Assembly (NCBI RefSeq): GCF_018977255.1
Contig: NW_024704742.1
Coordinates: 86,492,001-86,556,000 of the forward strand
Source of the DNA: Callorhinchus milii
Lineage: Eukaryota
Length of the DNA stretch: 64,000 nucleotides
Reading direction: 5' to 3'
Below the pieces are notes generated by a model. The model did not search any database. It saw only the letters and a program-made list of their open reading frames with translations, and was not told where the DNA came from. Position 1 is the first letter of the stretch, and each line of letters starts with the position of its first letter. The position numbers and the translations under genes are program-made. Shown piece by piece: positions 24,401-36,838 of this stretch.

Positions 24401-26735
24401 GAGAGAGACTGAGGGGGAGAGAGAGAGACTGAGGGAGAGAGAGAGTGTGAGAGAGACTGAGGGAGAGAGAGAGAGTGTGTGAGAGAGACTGAGGGAGAGA
24501 GAGTGTGAGAGAGACTGAGGGAGAGAGACTGAGGGGGAGAGAGAGAGAGACTGAGGGAGAGAGAGAGAGCTGGGGGGGAGAGAGAGGGGAACTGGGGGGG
24601 GGGAGAGAGAGACTGGGGGGGGAGAGAGAGACTGGGGGGGAGAGAGAGACTGGGGTGAGAGAGACTGAGGGGGGGGAGAGAGAGACTGGGGGGGGAGAGA
24701 GACTGGGGGAGAGAGAGAGAGAGGACTGAGGGGGGAGAGAGAGACTGGGGGGGACGAGACTGGGGGGGGAGAGACTGGGGGGAGAGAGAGAGACTGTAGG
24801 GGGGAGAGAGAGGAGACTGGAGGGGGAGAGAGAGAGACTGAGGGGGAGAGAGAGACTGGGGGGGAGAGACTGGGGGGGAGAGACTGGGGGAGAGAGAGGA
24901 CTGAGGGGGGAGAGAGGAGAGACTGAGGGGGGAGAGAGAGAGACTGGGGGGGGAGAGAGAGACTGGGGGGGAGAGACTGAGGGGGGAGAGAGAGAGACTG
25001 AGGGGGGAGAGAGAGAGACTGAGGGGGAGAGACTGGGGGGGAGAGAGAGAGACTGAGGGGGGAGAGTGAGAGACTGAGGGGGGAGAGAGGAGACTAGGGG
25101 GAGAGGAGAAGACTGGAGGGGGAGAGAGAGAGACTGGGGGAGAGAGAGACTGGGGGGGGGACTGGGGGGGAGAGAGAGATGGGGTGGGAAGAGACTGGGG
25201 AGAGAGAGAGGAGAAGAGAGAGACTGAGGGGGGGAGAGAGAGACTTAGGGGGAGAGAGAGAGACTGAGGGAGAGAGAGAGAGAGACTTAGGGGGGGGAGA
25301 GAGAGAGACTGAGGGGGGAGAGGAGAGACTGAGGGGGGAGAGAGAGAGACTTGGGGGGAGAGAGAGAGAGACTGAGGGGGGAGAGAGAGAGACTGGGGGG
25401 GGAGAGAGAGACTGGGGGGGGGGACTGGGGGGGGAGAGAGAGATGGAGTGGGGAGAGATGGGGGTGGGGAGAGAGACTGGGGGGAGAGAGACTGGGAGAG
25501 AGAGGACTGGGGGGGGAGAGAGGAGAGAGAGACTGGGAGAGGGGAGGAGAGAGACTGGGGGGAGAGGACTGGGGGGGAGAGACTGGGGGGGAGAGACTGG
25601 GGGGAGAGAGAGAGACTGGGAGCGAGAGAGACTGGGGGGAGAGACTGGGGGAGAGAGACTGGGGGGGAGAGAGAGAGACTGAGGGGGGAGAGAGAGAGAG
25701 ATGAGGGGGGGAGAGAGAGAGACTGAGGGGGAGAGACTGAGGGGGGGGAGAGAGAGACTGGGGGGGAGAGACTGGGGGGGAGAGAGAGACTGGGGAGGAG
25801 GAGAGACTAGGGGGGAGAGACTGGGGGGGAGAGAGAGACTGAGGGGGAGAGAGAGAGATTGAGGGGGGGAGAGAGAGACTGAGGGGGGAGAGACTGAGGG
25901 GGGGAGAGAGGAGACTGGGGGGGAGAGACTGGGGGGGGAGACTGGGGGAGAGAGAGAGACTGGAGCGAGAGAGACTGGGGGAGAGAGACTGGGGGGGAGA
26001 GACTGGGGGAGAGAGAGGACTGAGGGGGGAGAGACTGAGGGGGGGGAGAGGAGACTGAGGGGGAGAGACTGGGGGGGGAGAGAGACTGGGGGGGAGAGAC
26101 TGGGGGAGAGAGAGAGACTGGAGCCGAGAGAGACTGGGGAGAGAGACTGGGGGGGAGAGAGAGACTGGAGAGCGAGAGAGACTGGGGAGAGAGAGACTGG
26201 GGGAGAGAGATGGGGGGGAGAGACTGGGGAGAGAGACTGGGGGGGGAGAGAGAGACTGGAGCGAGAGAGACTGGGGAAGAGGACTGGGGGGAGAGACTGG
26301 GGAGAGGAGACTGGGGGAGAGAGGACTGGGGGGGAGAGACTGGGGAGAGAGAGACTGGGGGAGAGAGAGACTGGGGGGAGAGAGACTGGGGAGAGAGAGG
26401 ACTGGGGGGAGAGAGACTGGTGGGGAGAGAGAGACTGGAGCGGAGAGAGACTGGGGAGAGAGAGACTGGGGGGGGAGAGAGAGACTGGACGAGAGAGACT
26501 GGGGAGAGAGAGACTGGGGGGGGAGAGAGAGACTGGAGCGAGAGGACTGGGAGAGAGAGATGGGGAGAGAGAGACTGGGGGGGAGAGACTGGTGGGGGAG
26601 AGACTGGGGGGGGGGAGAGAGAGAGGCTGGGAGAGACAGAGAGAGGGACTGGAGAGAGAGAGCGAGAGAGAAACTGGGAGAGAGAGAGAGGAGGAGAGAG
26701 GGACTGGGAGAGAGAGAGAGAGACTGGGAGAGAGA
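18466..26735. repeat. About 8.3-kb purine/G-rich satellite, (GA)nCTG[A/G]Gn units, in PTAR1 intron 1
   Basis: Read directly; hundreds of G-runs on the sense strand. Confidence 0.98.
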
Positions 26736-27349
26736 ATGAGGGGCTGGTGTGTGTGTGGGTGAGTGAGCCAACGAGCGGGACAGGTGGGGGAGAGAGAGTG
26801 AAGCTTCGGGACTTTGAACCCACAGTGTTGGTTGACAGTTCAAAACAGTTCTGGGAAAGGACATTATTGGAATGGTCATCCCGTGGATGTCGATAAACCG
26901 AGGTCTGTTCCATGGACAGCAGAGGGACTCCAGGCAACTTCTTAATTTTCCTTGTTAACTGATGATCCTGTTGAAATCAAATTGAAATATTTTATTGGAA
27001 GAATATAAAACCTGATTTAATATGTAGATCAGGGTGTTCCAATTGGGCCTGGCGGTGATATCAGCAGCAACGTTAGTTTTATTCAAAAATTATTCAAATA
27101 TAAGGAAGTTTCTCTCGTGTCTTGACCGACAATCCCCAGAGAAAGTTGGCTTTTCGCTTCATGGCTGTTTGTGGGACATTGCTGTCGCCTACAAAATACA
27201 AAGTCGCTAACTTTACAGTAAATCCTGTGAAGCACTTTGAGATACCTCCCCATATGAAAAGTTTCAATTTAAGTGCAAGGGTTATTATTATTGTCACTTG
27301 TCCTTCGTCTCAATTTACACTGGACTGTTTACATCTGGTGTGAACTGCT

Positions 27350-27665
27350 GTGACCTGCTTACTCCCCAATCACTAGCCTTTGCCTCCGCTCGACTTGCTC
27401 TGGCCTAATGTTTGTCTCTCGTGCCCTCTGTTCTACCATCAGCGGCCGCACTTTCAGCCACGACGCTCCTGAACTCTGGAACACTCTGCCTCAATCCCTC
27501 TGCCTTACCCCTTCCTTTCCCATCTTCAGGTCACGCCTGAAGACCTTCCTCTTCGGCTGTGCTTACAGTCAGCTCCCCTCCCTTCTTCCTCTGGCTTGGT
27601 GTCGGGCTCCCCCGCTGTGGGAAGCTACCCTGCATGAGGGGGTCTAAATAAATGCAAGTTATTGT
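27350..27665 (+). mobile_element. L2 3' fragment ending about 35 bp upstream of PTAR1 exon 2
   Basis: SGRTFSHDAPELWNTLP...RLKTFLF. Confidence 0.85.
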
Positions 27666-27698
27666 TGAAATTTGGATGATGACATTTCTTTTTTGCAG

Positions 27699-27868
27699 AG
27701 ATGAAATCGGGCTGATTCCCTGTCTTGAAGCCAGGTACAACCGGAGCCCCATAGTGCTGGTAGAAAATAAGCTTGGTGTGGAAAGCTGGTGCGTTAAACT
27801 GCTTTTGCCCTACGTTCATAATAGACTTGTCCTCTACAGGCAAAGAAAGCTGTGGTTAGAGAGGGATG
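27699..27868 (+). CDS. PTAR1: PTAR1 exon 2 (DEIGLIPCLEARYNRSPIVLVENKLGVESWCVKLLLPYVHNRLVLYRQRKLWLERD)
   Basis: ttttgcag| ... G|gtaagt; 170 nt; nearly identical to vertebrate PTAR1. Confidence 0.97.
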
Positions 27869-28877
27869 GTAAGTGGCGCACATGTTATGTTAACTTAAAC
27901 TTGACTGTTCAGGAGTAGCATTTGATCTGTTCCTGCACAACCAGGGCTAGATCACACCCAGTGATCGTTGCCCAACCTTTAGGCTTTACAGTATAGCTGC
28001 CAAGAAATAGGAAGTATATGTACCTGTTTGACCAGGCGTTCCTGGTGGAGTCAGTGGGTTATCACTCACTTCTGGGTCCTGGACTTAAATCCAACTCATT
28101 TGTCCATTGTTAGCTGTAAGGATCAACCAAATTTTAGTGGACATGGGTTTACAGTGCTAATACTATCTCACTTAAAAAAAGACCTCAAGGATAGTTAATG
28201 TGTGAAATGTGAGTTTTGCACTTGTGATAGTTTTACTGAGGTTTGGCTGAGGCCCTTTACTCTGTATCCAACCTGAGAGATATTTCTTATCTGAAATAAG
28301 AAAGTATTCTGTTTCCCAACATTATCATTCCTCCCCTGATGAGCACAAAATTCACCAGAATAAAAGCACACGGTACAGAATCCTTTCTCGTAACCAATAT
28401 AGTGTTATTTTAAAATTGAATATCTGAAGCCTTCTTTCTAGAATTGTACATACATTATTGGGACTGTTTCTGAGCTTAAGGGATACACCACATATTAGGC
28501 TCAGCGTTATCTATAGAATTCATCAGACATATAGTAATAATAGCTTTATTTCCTGGCAATAAAACAATATCCCATATGTGCTGTGTGTGTTCGGGGGTGA
28601 GAGTTTTACTCTTGAAATGAACGAAAATTGAGGTGACACTTGTAATCTCTCTTTAGGAAGGAGTGGTGCTAAATGTCCTGGTGTAGGTGATCAAAGGGCA
28701 CACATTTCCGCCATATGTCAAATATATTTTTCCCAACATAGAAGATTTTGGTCTTAAAGAATTCTTTGGGACAGGAGAAGGGATGCCCTACAGGCTGTTT
28801 GCTGTGGACTGTATTTTCAATCAAATCAAAAAGAAAATCAGCCCACGAACAAAATCTGTTGGGAGTTAGATAAATAT

Positions 28878-29500
28878 ACAACAGCAGCAGCTTGGATTTA
28901 TATAGTGCCCTCCACGCCGGACGGCATCTCAGAGCGCTTTACAGTAACGGATCCCGGGGCTGAGGGGGGGGAAGGTGACCAAAGGCGCGGTCGAAAAGAA
29001 AGGTCTTCAGCAGAGACCTGAAAATGGGAAGGGAGGGAGCGAGACGAAGGGAGTGAGGAAGGCAGTTCCAGAGCCTCGGGGCATAGTGGCTGAAGGCACG
29101 GCCGCCAATGGTGGAGCGGAGGACTCGGGGGACGAGGAGGAGGCGAAACCCGGAGGAACGGAGGCAACGGGTACTGTTCTGAGGAGAGAGGAGGTCAAAG
29201 AGGTAGGGAGGTGCAGAGGAGTGCAGGGACTTCAATACAAGGGTGAGGATTTTGAAATCGATCCTCTCTGGGACAGGCAGCCAGTGCAGTCTGGCAAGGA
29301 CTGGGGTGATCGAGGAGCGGAGTTTCGTGCGGGTGAGAATGCGGGCGGCAGAGTTTTGAATGATTTGGAATTTATGGATGGTAGTGGAGGGGAGACCGGC
29401 GAGGAGGGCATTTGAATAGTCCAGCCGAGAGGTGACAAAGACATGGACCAGGGTTTCAGCGGCTTTTGGGGAGAGGTGCTGGATTTCTCCACAACTACAC
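28878..29500 (-). mobile_element. Young L2 LINE 3' fragment
   Basis: Open frame [23 protein letters not shown]...LHWLPV...[17 protein letters not shown], the L2 ORF2 C-terminus. Confidence 0.92.
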
Positions 29501-30179
29501 AAGTTTAAGGGCAGTGCCAGGGGTTATTTGTGATTTTATTTTTGAAATCCTTTAAATTTAATCTCCAGACAGGTGTTGGGACCTTGGGGAGCCCCATTGA
29601 ATTATATTGCAAATAGATCCCGACTTCAAGTCTTTTAACTTTACTGATGGATATTCTATTCTCGGTTATTACCATTTTGCTTCTTTTGCTTGAAGCAGTT
29701 TGCGTATGCTGGTGCCTTTGCGACTACTAATTTATGTATTCAATTTATGTTCTGTCCTTAGGAGTAAAAGTTTTTTTGAATAAGTGTTTTTTGAAGGAAG
29801 TAATGTAATTTCTCCCACCCTGCAAATGCTGTTGTGGGTTGTTTTTGTTTTGTGACTTGCTTGCCAAAAATGGGAACTGTAGTGATGTTATATATGATGA
29901 GGATCCATTTTACAGAACGAGTCTGGCCTCCTTAGCTTTCTTTGATGGAGTTCTCTTTCTTTCAATAAATTAAATGCATCTTTTTAGAACTTTTGGTTTC
30001 TAACAGTTAATGATAATCCTTGCATTTGATATAGCGTTTTATCGGGCCTTCGAGACGTCTCAAAGCCCTTCACAGAATATACTAGTTGTCTGAATGATTC
30101 CAATTTTATATGTATATTTTATCAAAAGCTAAATTTCTACAGTCACATCTTCTGTTGTAATTTAGTTCTAGGTTTATCT

Positions 30180-30620
30180 AGAAACAAAAGACACTTACAG
30201 CACAGGAGAAGGCATTCAGTCCATCGGGTCTGTGCTGGCTTTTTTAAAGAACGATCCTTTCCGTCCCATTTACCTGCCCTTTCACCGTAGCCCTGTCGTT
30301 TACTGCTTTTTAGATATTTACCAAGTTCCCTTTTGAAACCTATGGATTCTGCCTCAACCATTGCTCCTGGCAGGGTATTCCATATCCTAACCACTCTGTG
30401 GGGAAAAACATTTCTCCCAATCTCCCCTTTTCCTCGCGAGCAAATTGATGCCTCTTGTCACAGACTCGCTGACTAGTGGAAATCATTTCTCCCTATTATC
30501 GAAACTCATAATTTTAAAGACTTCAGCAGGTATCCCTCAACCTTCTTTGTTCCAACGGGAGAACTCCCTTTTCTTCCCGTTTCTGTTCACAGTCCAAATC
30601 ACATCCTTGGTATCACATTT
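30180..30620 (-). mobile_element. Older CR1 3' fragment; probably continues at about 34575-34900
   Basis: VRIWNTLPGAMVEAES...FKRELGKYL and a CR1-type tail. Confidence 0.8.
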
Positions 30621-30635
30621 GCAACCCATGTATTG

Positions 30636-33600
30636 CATAGGACATAGGAACATAGGAATTAGGAGCAGGAGTAGGCCATTCGAACCCTTGAGCCTGCCCC
30701 ACCATTCAATAAGATCATGGCTGATCTTCTAACCTAACTCCATCTGCCCGCCTTATCTCCATATCCCTTAATCCTTCTATCCTTTAGAAATCTATCAATT
30801 TCAGTCTTGAATATGTTCAAGCGCTGACCATTCTGAGTGAAGAAGTGTTTTCTCAACTCTGTTCGAAAGGGCTGACCCTTAATCTTAAGACTGTGACCCA
30901 TAGTTCTAGATTCTCCTACCAGGGAAAACAGTCTCACACTGTCTGTCAAGCCCCATAAGAATCGTATATGTTTCCATAAGATCACTCCTAATTCTTCTAT
31001 ATTCTAGAGAATATAGGCCTAGTTTACTCAACCTGTGCTCATTGGTCAACCCCCTCATCCCAGGAACTTACCTAGTAAATCTACGCTGCACCCCCTCTAA
31101 GGCGAGTATGTTCTTTCTTAAATAAGGAGACCAAAACTGCACACAATATTCTAGGTACGGTCTCACCAAGGCCTTATACAACTGCAGCAAGACTTCTCTA
31201 CTCTTGTATTCTAACCCTTTTGCAATAAACGCCAACATGCCATTAGCCTTCCTAGTTGCTTGCTGTACCTGCATAGTAACTTTCTGTGACTGGTGTACAA
31301 GGACACCCAAATCCCTCTGAACACTAACACTATCTCGTCTCTCTCCCTCTAGAAAATAATCTGCTTTTTGGTTTTTACTACCTAGGTGAATAACTTCACA
31401 CTTCCCCACATTATATTCCATCTGCCACCTTCTTGCCCACTCACCTTGCCTATCTATATCCCTTTGCAATCTTTTTGGTCATCCTCAGAGCTTACTCTCC
31501 CACCTAGCTTAGTATCATCTGCCAATTTAGATATTTTAAGTTTTATGTCCTCGTCTAGATCACTGATATAGATTGTAAATAGTTGAGGCTCAAGCACTGA
31601 TCCTTATGGCACTCCACTAGTCACATCTTGCCAATCTGAGAAGGACCTGTTTATCCCTACTCACTGTTTTCCTCCCGTTAGCCACTCTTCGATCCATGCT
31701 AATATATTGCCTTTAATTCCATGGGCCCTAATCTTGTGTAGTAGCCTTTTATGTGGCACCTTGTCGAATGCCTTCTAAAAATCTAAATACACTACATCTA
31801 CTGGTTCCCCCCTATCTAACCTGCTAGTTACATTCTCAAAAAACTCTAAACGATTTGTTACGGATGATTTCCCTGTTGTAAAGCCATGTTGGCTCGGCCT
31901 AATCATGTTATGGTCTTCTAAGTACCTCACTACAACGTCCCTAATTAAGGATTCTAGAATATTCCCTACCACCGATGTCAGACTGACTGGTCTACAGTTC
32001 CCCATCTTCTCTCTCCCATTACACAAATGTTACATTTGTGATCTTCCAATCAATGGGAATAGTTCCAGAATCCAGAGAATTTAGGAAGATCAAAAACAAG
32101 GCATCCACTATCTCAGCAGCCACCTCCTTTAAAACCCTAGGATGCAGGCCATCAGGTCCATGGGATTTGTCATTTTTCAATCCCAACTGTTTCCCTTGTA
32201 CTAATTCTTTACTGATGTTAATTTCCCTAATTTGTTCACTAACATTAGCTTCTTGGTTCCTCTCTATTTTTGGTAAGTTTTCAGTGTCTTCTAACGTGAA
32301 GACAGAAGCAAAGTATTTGTTTAATGACTCTGCCATATCTTTATCCCCCATTATAATTCCTCCTGTCTCTGCCTGTAATGGATCCACATTCACTTTTGAT
32401 AGTCTCTTCCTCTTTATGTTTTGGAAAAACTCTTGCAGTCTGTCTTTATGTTCCTAGATAGTTTGCCCTCATAATCCATTTTCTCCCTCCTAATCAGTTT
32501 CTTTGTTGGTCTCTGAAGCCCTTCCAATCGTCGGGTTTACTGCTCTTTTTGGCAGTATTATAGGTCTCTTAATTTTATACTTTCCCTAACTGCTCCAGTT
32601 AGCCATGGTTGAACCACTTTTCCTGTGGTATTTTTATTCTTCAAGGGAATATGTGATCGCTGAGAATTATGTACTATATCTTTAAAGGTTTGCCATTGCT
32701 GGTCTACTGTTATATCCTTTAATCTCATTCCCCAGTCTATTTTAGCTAAATCCTCTCTCATACCTGCAAAGTTGGATCTATTTAAATTTAAGACCCTTGC
32801 TTCGGACTTAACTACATCACTCTCTAACGTAATGCTAAATTCCATCATGTTATGGTCACTCTGCCTTAGAGGAGCCTTAACTTCCAGATTGATGATTAGC
32901 CCTATTTCATTACATAAAACAAGATCTAGGATCGCCTGTTCCCTGGTTGGTTCCTCAGCAAACTGATCTAGAAAACTATCTCTAATGCATTCTATAAACT
33001 CCTCTTCTAACTTACTTTTGCCAATTTGGTTTTCCCAATCTATATGAAGATTAAAATCACCCACTATTAGTGTATTTCCTTTGCTACATGCTCCACTAAT
33101 TTCCTGATTAATACTCTGCGCAATACTGTGACTGCTGTTCGGGGGTCTATAAGCTACTCCCACTAGTGTTTTCATAATTCCACCCATACTGACTCTACAT
33201 ACTGATTTTCTGATTTAAAGTCCTTCCTCTCTACTGTTTTTATCCCATCCTTTATTAGCAGGGCAAGCCCCCCCACCTTGTTTTCCACATTGCTTATCTT
33301 TCCTATATGCCAAATACCCCGGAATATTTAGCTCCCAGCCTTGATCTCCCTGTAACCACATCTCAGCAATGGCTACTAGATCATACTTGTTTGTTTCTAT
33401 TTGTGCTATTAATTTGTCTATCTTATAAGAATGCTTCATGCATTCAGATATAGCGCCTTTAATTTTGACTTCTTGCTATTTCCCCTACTCTCTAATTCCC
33501 TATTTTCTTTTCCGAGCTTCTTGTCCCTCCTTGACCCACTCTGTTTATCTCCCTCGCTAATCTGCCTAAATCCTCCCAATTTATTAGTTTTGTCAGGACA

Positions 33601-34466
33601 TTGGACATTAAATCCCAATTCCTTGAACTCGCTCCTCAAGTTGTCCCTACTATTCCTACCAATATCGTTGGTACCTATGTGGATTACCACAATTGGATCC
33701 TCCCCCTCCAGCCTCAAATTCTTCTCCAGCCCTGAAGAGATTTCCTTCACCCCGGCCCCAGGAAGGCCTTTGTGTCTCCTGATTGCGGCTGCAGAGAAGT
33801 GTGTCTGTCCTCCTGACTGACTCGTCCTCAATTACAACTAAATTCTGTCTCTCTCCCCCTCACTTGTGTGGCCTCCTGTATAGAGGTGCTGGGTTCAGTT
33901 TGCCCATCCTCCTCACAGGCTTCCTTGTCTTCACAGGTTGCAAATATCGCATGCCTGTTGGACAAGGTTAAAGCCTGGGGGTTCTCTGCTACTCTTTCTG
34001 GGATCCCCTTACCTGCTTGACTGTCAGTCACACTGTCCTGTCCCTGACTAGTAACGTAATCTATACGTTCCCTGAGCTTCAAGGGAGTGAATGGCTCCAG
34101 GATGAAACTACCCAGGAAGCTCTCACTTTCCCTAATACTGCGCAATGTCTGCACCTCAGATTCCAGCTCAGCTTCTTTGAGCTGGAGTTTCCTCAGTTGC
34201 AGACACTTGCTGCAGATGAAGTCGCCCGGGCTCAGGTTGCCCTCCCATCAATTCCCACATACTGCAGTACTCGCACTTCACCTGCCATGCCATTCTCTCT
34301 CTCACTCTGGATTTTAGGGGTTTTTTTAAATTTTATTTTTTTAAAAAAAGTTTTTGTTAGTGTTTTTCTTGGTGTTTTTGTTAGTTCTATGTTTTCCCTG
34401 TTTTAGTTTTTAATTTTGACATCACACTGATGTCACTTGTCGTTTTTCTACAGCTCCCCACTCCGC
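30636..34466 (-). mobile_element. Near-full-length decayed CR1 LINE (ORF1 SGNH esterase; ORF2 APE endonuclease + RT) in PTAR1 intron 2
   Basis: VVIHIGTNDI (esterase); LYLNA, WLQGDQGWELNIPGY, VGDFN and SDHN (APE); YLDF and LVRPYLEYCVQFWSP (RT and C-terminus); 3' tail ending (TTCCTATG)n; many stops and frameshifts. Confidence 0.93.
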
Positions 34467-34574
34467 GGCAGGATGGCAAGAGAGTGCTTTGATATCTTTC
34501 CTAAAGTTTTTCACGTCCTGACGTGAATGGTGCTATACAAATGTAATTTCTTGTTGTTGTTGATAAGGTGTTGG

Positions 34575-34900
34575 GGTGACCAATACAGGATAAAATATTC
34601 TAACTAAGGTCTAACTAGTGATTCATAGTATCACCTCCTTGGTTTTATGTTCTGTATCCCTGTTGATAAAATGTAGGATTCCATTTGCTTTCTTGACCGC
34701 TTTGTCCACCTGCCTTTCCACCTTTAAGCATTTATATATGGTAATTCCCAAGTCCCTCTGCTCTTTTAATAATTTGCCACCTAATTTACACTTGTTCTCC
34801 TTAGTCTTCCTCCCTCAATGGATAACCTCACATTTATCTGCATTAAATTAAAATTGCCATTTCTCTGCCCAGTCAACTAATCTGTCTATGTCCCCTTAAA
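34575..34900 (-). mobile_element. Older CR1 ORF2 C-terminal fragment
   Basis: Reverse strand encodes a degraded AVKKANGILHFINRD-type segment. Confidence 0.65.
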
Positions 34901-35312
34901 GTTCCTTGAATGTTTTCACTTCTCTTAAATGAAACTATTGGCAGTATATATTTCCCCATTATGAAGTTGTGTAGATATCCTACTATCATGTTGTTAAAAC
35001 ATTCCAAACCCTCCCCTTGTTGCTACGTAAGAACTACTTTCCCAAATTAGATTTTGTACTACAGCAACTAATGCTAGACATGTTGTAGAAAATCAATTCT
35101 ACATTTAACAGGAAAGCACTGTGTTTGCAACTTGATAGTATGCTAACAGATGCAGTTCAATTGGATTTCACTGAAAAGGATCATTATCTGAAGTGTGGAA
35201 AGCCAATAGGTTAGTTATGATGTTGTTTCTAAAAGTGTATGTAAATTCCTTTTGAAATGATATCAATCCTCTTATATTTATATTTTTTCTCCAATTTCTC
35301 TGTATCTTTCAG

Positions 35313-35379
35313 CACTAATCGATCTCACTTGTACTTTATTGCTGCTGAATCCGGACTTCACAACAGCCTGGAATGCCAG
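35313..35379 (+). CDS. PTAR1: PTAR1 exon 3 (A-LIDLTCTLLLLNPDFTTAWNA-R)
   Basis: ctttcag| ... AG|gtatgt; 67 nt; PFTA-repeat motif NPDFTTAWN. This reading frame is not in the ORF track. Confidence 0.95.
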
Positions 35380-36299
35380 GTATGTCACACTCAGCAAAAG
35401 TCATTTTCAGTAGTTGGCTGGAAGCCCAAATCTGACTCATTCTTAGGCTTTGAGACTAATTAATGTTCATTTCTATTGCTGCGCATTGTTCAGAGTTACG
35501 ACAAGAACTGTGTTTCAAAAATTACAATGACTCATCCTCATAGATTGTTATAACGTGCTGATTCCTTTTCATGGTTAGGATGATACCAGTCTAGATGTCA
35601 GTGACACTATAGGTGATCGTTTTCTAAGTTCTTCAGAGCAGTGTTATTAGAAGGATTTAACTCTTCTCTTATGAAAATGTTATATGAATGGGAGGTGAGA
35701 GAAGAGAGGTACGATATATGCAATGGAACAGGAGAATAAAATGGGGGAGGGTGGAGGTGAGAAGTAAGTCTCCCTCTTAGTGACTTAATCTCGCCAACAT
35801 ACTTTTCGCTGCAAGCTGCTGTCACTGATCGTAGCGTCTGGAAAGGTAGGGACCGATACATTAAATGCCAAGAAAACGGTAATTGTTAGCATATCTTGTT
35901 TATTTTCCGTCGCTTCAGCTTTTTGTATCCTTTTGTCTGTGTGCTGTTTTTAATGTGTATTAAACTGCCAACCTTTCCAAATGCCTTAGGCTCGTAATTG
36001 GAAATTCATCTGCATCATCAGAATTAAAGGGTATGGAACCCACTACAGGATATTATGTCACCAGTCCAGTTCAAAAGGATACATCTTAATCCTTTTGCTT
36101 CTCAACATTTCAGATATTTTAATTTTAATTAGCTGCCCAATTTAGACCTGATCTGTGCATTAACAAATACATATCATCAGCGTGGTCCAACAGTCAGCCA
36201 CATCCAGCCTGGCGGAGGGGGAGTGAGGGAGTAATTGAGAGAGGGAGGTAGAGTGTATGCAAGTCAGAGAGTGACGGGCTCGACAATGTAAATGAAGGC

Positions 36300-36838
36300 T
36301 TGTCGGCCTTCCCAATTCCTCCCTCCACAGGCTGCAGATCATCCAGAACTCTGCAGCCCATGTCCTCTCCTGCACCAGGCTCCGTGACCCCATCACCCCC
36401 ACCCTCATCCGGCTCCACTGGCTCCCCATCACACAGGATAAAGTTCAAATCCTCACCTTCAAAGTCCTCCACGGCCTTGCTTCTCAACACCTCTGTGAGC
36501 TCCTAACCCCCTACCAACCTTCCGCTCCCTCTGCTCAACGGTCTCCAGCCTGCTTCACCTCCCTGCTTTGCCCGCCTCACCATTGGTGGCCGGGCCTTCA
36601 GCCTTTCTGCCCCCACTCTATGGAACTCCATCCCACATTCCCTTTGCCTCACTCCCTCCCTTGCGTCCCTGAAGGCGCGTGTCAAAACCCTCCTTTTCGA
36701 TTGAGCCTTCAGCCACCCTCCCTGCCCTCCGCCCTCCCTAATCCCGACTCCCCAGCTCGGGTCCAAATCCCTGAGTGTCCAGCGCCTTGGGACATCCTGA
36801 CATGAAAGACGCTATACAAATGTAAATTGTATTGTATC
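36300..36838 (+). mobile_element. L2 3' fragment
   Basis: LHWLP and AFS..APTLWN motifs plus an L2 tail. Confidence 0.85.

Noticed and set aside
18336..26937. G/E/R-rich and S/L/P-rich ORFs
   Set aside because: Artefacts of the GA satellite.
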